64,000 nucleotides of DNA, from NCBI GenBank assembly GCA_963796275.1, contig CAWCKY010000001.1, forward strand, positions 480,001-544,000, written 5' to 3'. This document shows positions 63,599 to 64,000 of this stretch, in pieces. Positions within the stretch are counted from its first letter, which is position 1; each line of letters opens with the position of its first letter. Below the pieces are notes generated by a model that was given only the letters and a program-made list of their open reading frames with translations, searched no databases and was not told the DNA's origin. This stretch comes from an uncultured Acidobacteriota bacterium. Its GTDB lineage: Bacteria; Acidobacteriota; Blastocatellia; RBC074. The translations under genes were made by a program, and so were the position numbers.

Positions 63599-64000
63599 AT
63601 GCCTATTACACCGATTACAGCGCTTGCCGGCGGCGTTGGCGCGTCCAAGCTTCTCGAAGGGCTGAGCCGCGCAATCTCTCCGGAGGATATTTCGATCGTC
63701 GTTAACACGGGTGATGATATAGAGCTTTTCGGGTTATATATCGCTCCCGATATCGACATCGTGACTTATACCCTGGCCGGACTTGTTAATCCCGCAACAG
63801 GTTGGGGGATACTCGATGATTCGTTTAACTGTCTAGATCTCTTGCTTCGGTATAGCGGCGATGAGCGATGGTTCAACCTCGGCGACCGCGACCTTGCCAC
63901 CCACATCTTTCGCACGCAGAAGATGCGTGAGGGACAAAAGTTGTCGCAAATTGCCGAGACTGTGAGAACGGCAATGGGCGTTAAATCACGCATCATTCCG
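63599..64000 (+). CDS. cofD: 2-phospho-L-lactate transferase (CofD/FbiA), partial
   Basis: Absent from the ORF track. ALAGGVGASK, VNTGDD, PDID.VTYTLAG, GWG, WFNLGDRDLATH.FRT. Confidence 0.9.
   Translation, partial: MPITPITALAGGVGASKLLEGLSRAISPEDISIVVNTGDDIELFGLYIAPDIDIVTYTLAGLVNPATGWGILDDSFNCLDLLLRYSGDERWFNLGDRDLATHIFRTQKMREGQKLSQIAETVRTAMGVKSRIIP

Overview
A 64 kb chromosomal window. Gene content (Oar-type TonB-dependent receptors with a carboxypeptidase-regulatory N-terminus, BlaI/M56 pairs, fused E1 dehydrogenase, mqnA) suggests Acidobacteriota, probably Blastocatellia; this is inference. No rRNA, tRNA or CRISPR array is visible. From left to right it contains: a partial AAA ATPase; a DUF1080/HPS-like/Zn-dehydrogenase sugar operon; a phosphorus-scavenging cluster (S1/P1 nuclease, PhoD, propeller-phosphoesterase); ttcA-thiL; a nested repeat hotspot where an IS50-like IS4 element sits inside a GTAG-type REP hairpin, flanked by heptamer-repeat mini-elements; an M16 protein lacking its catalytic motif; a divergent membrane pyrophosphatase; a tandem array of BlaI + M56-NTF2(DUF4440) units (two complete, one relic) with shared operators and diversified sensor domains; a polysaccharide-utilisation locus cut by several deletions; housekeeping genes (E1 alpha/beta, phhB, cyoE, nitrilase, thyA-folA, glgP); an intact-looking IS630; and mqnA-cofD. 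Several single-base frameshifts, including one in cyoE, may be sequencing errors. The best candidates for an undescribed system are the BlaI/M56-NTF2 array and the REP/heptamer/IS50 composite.
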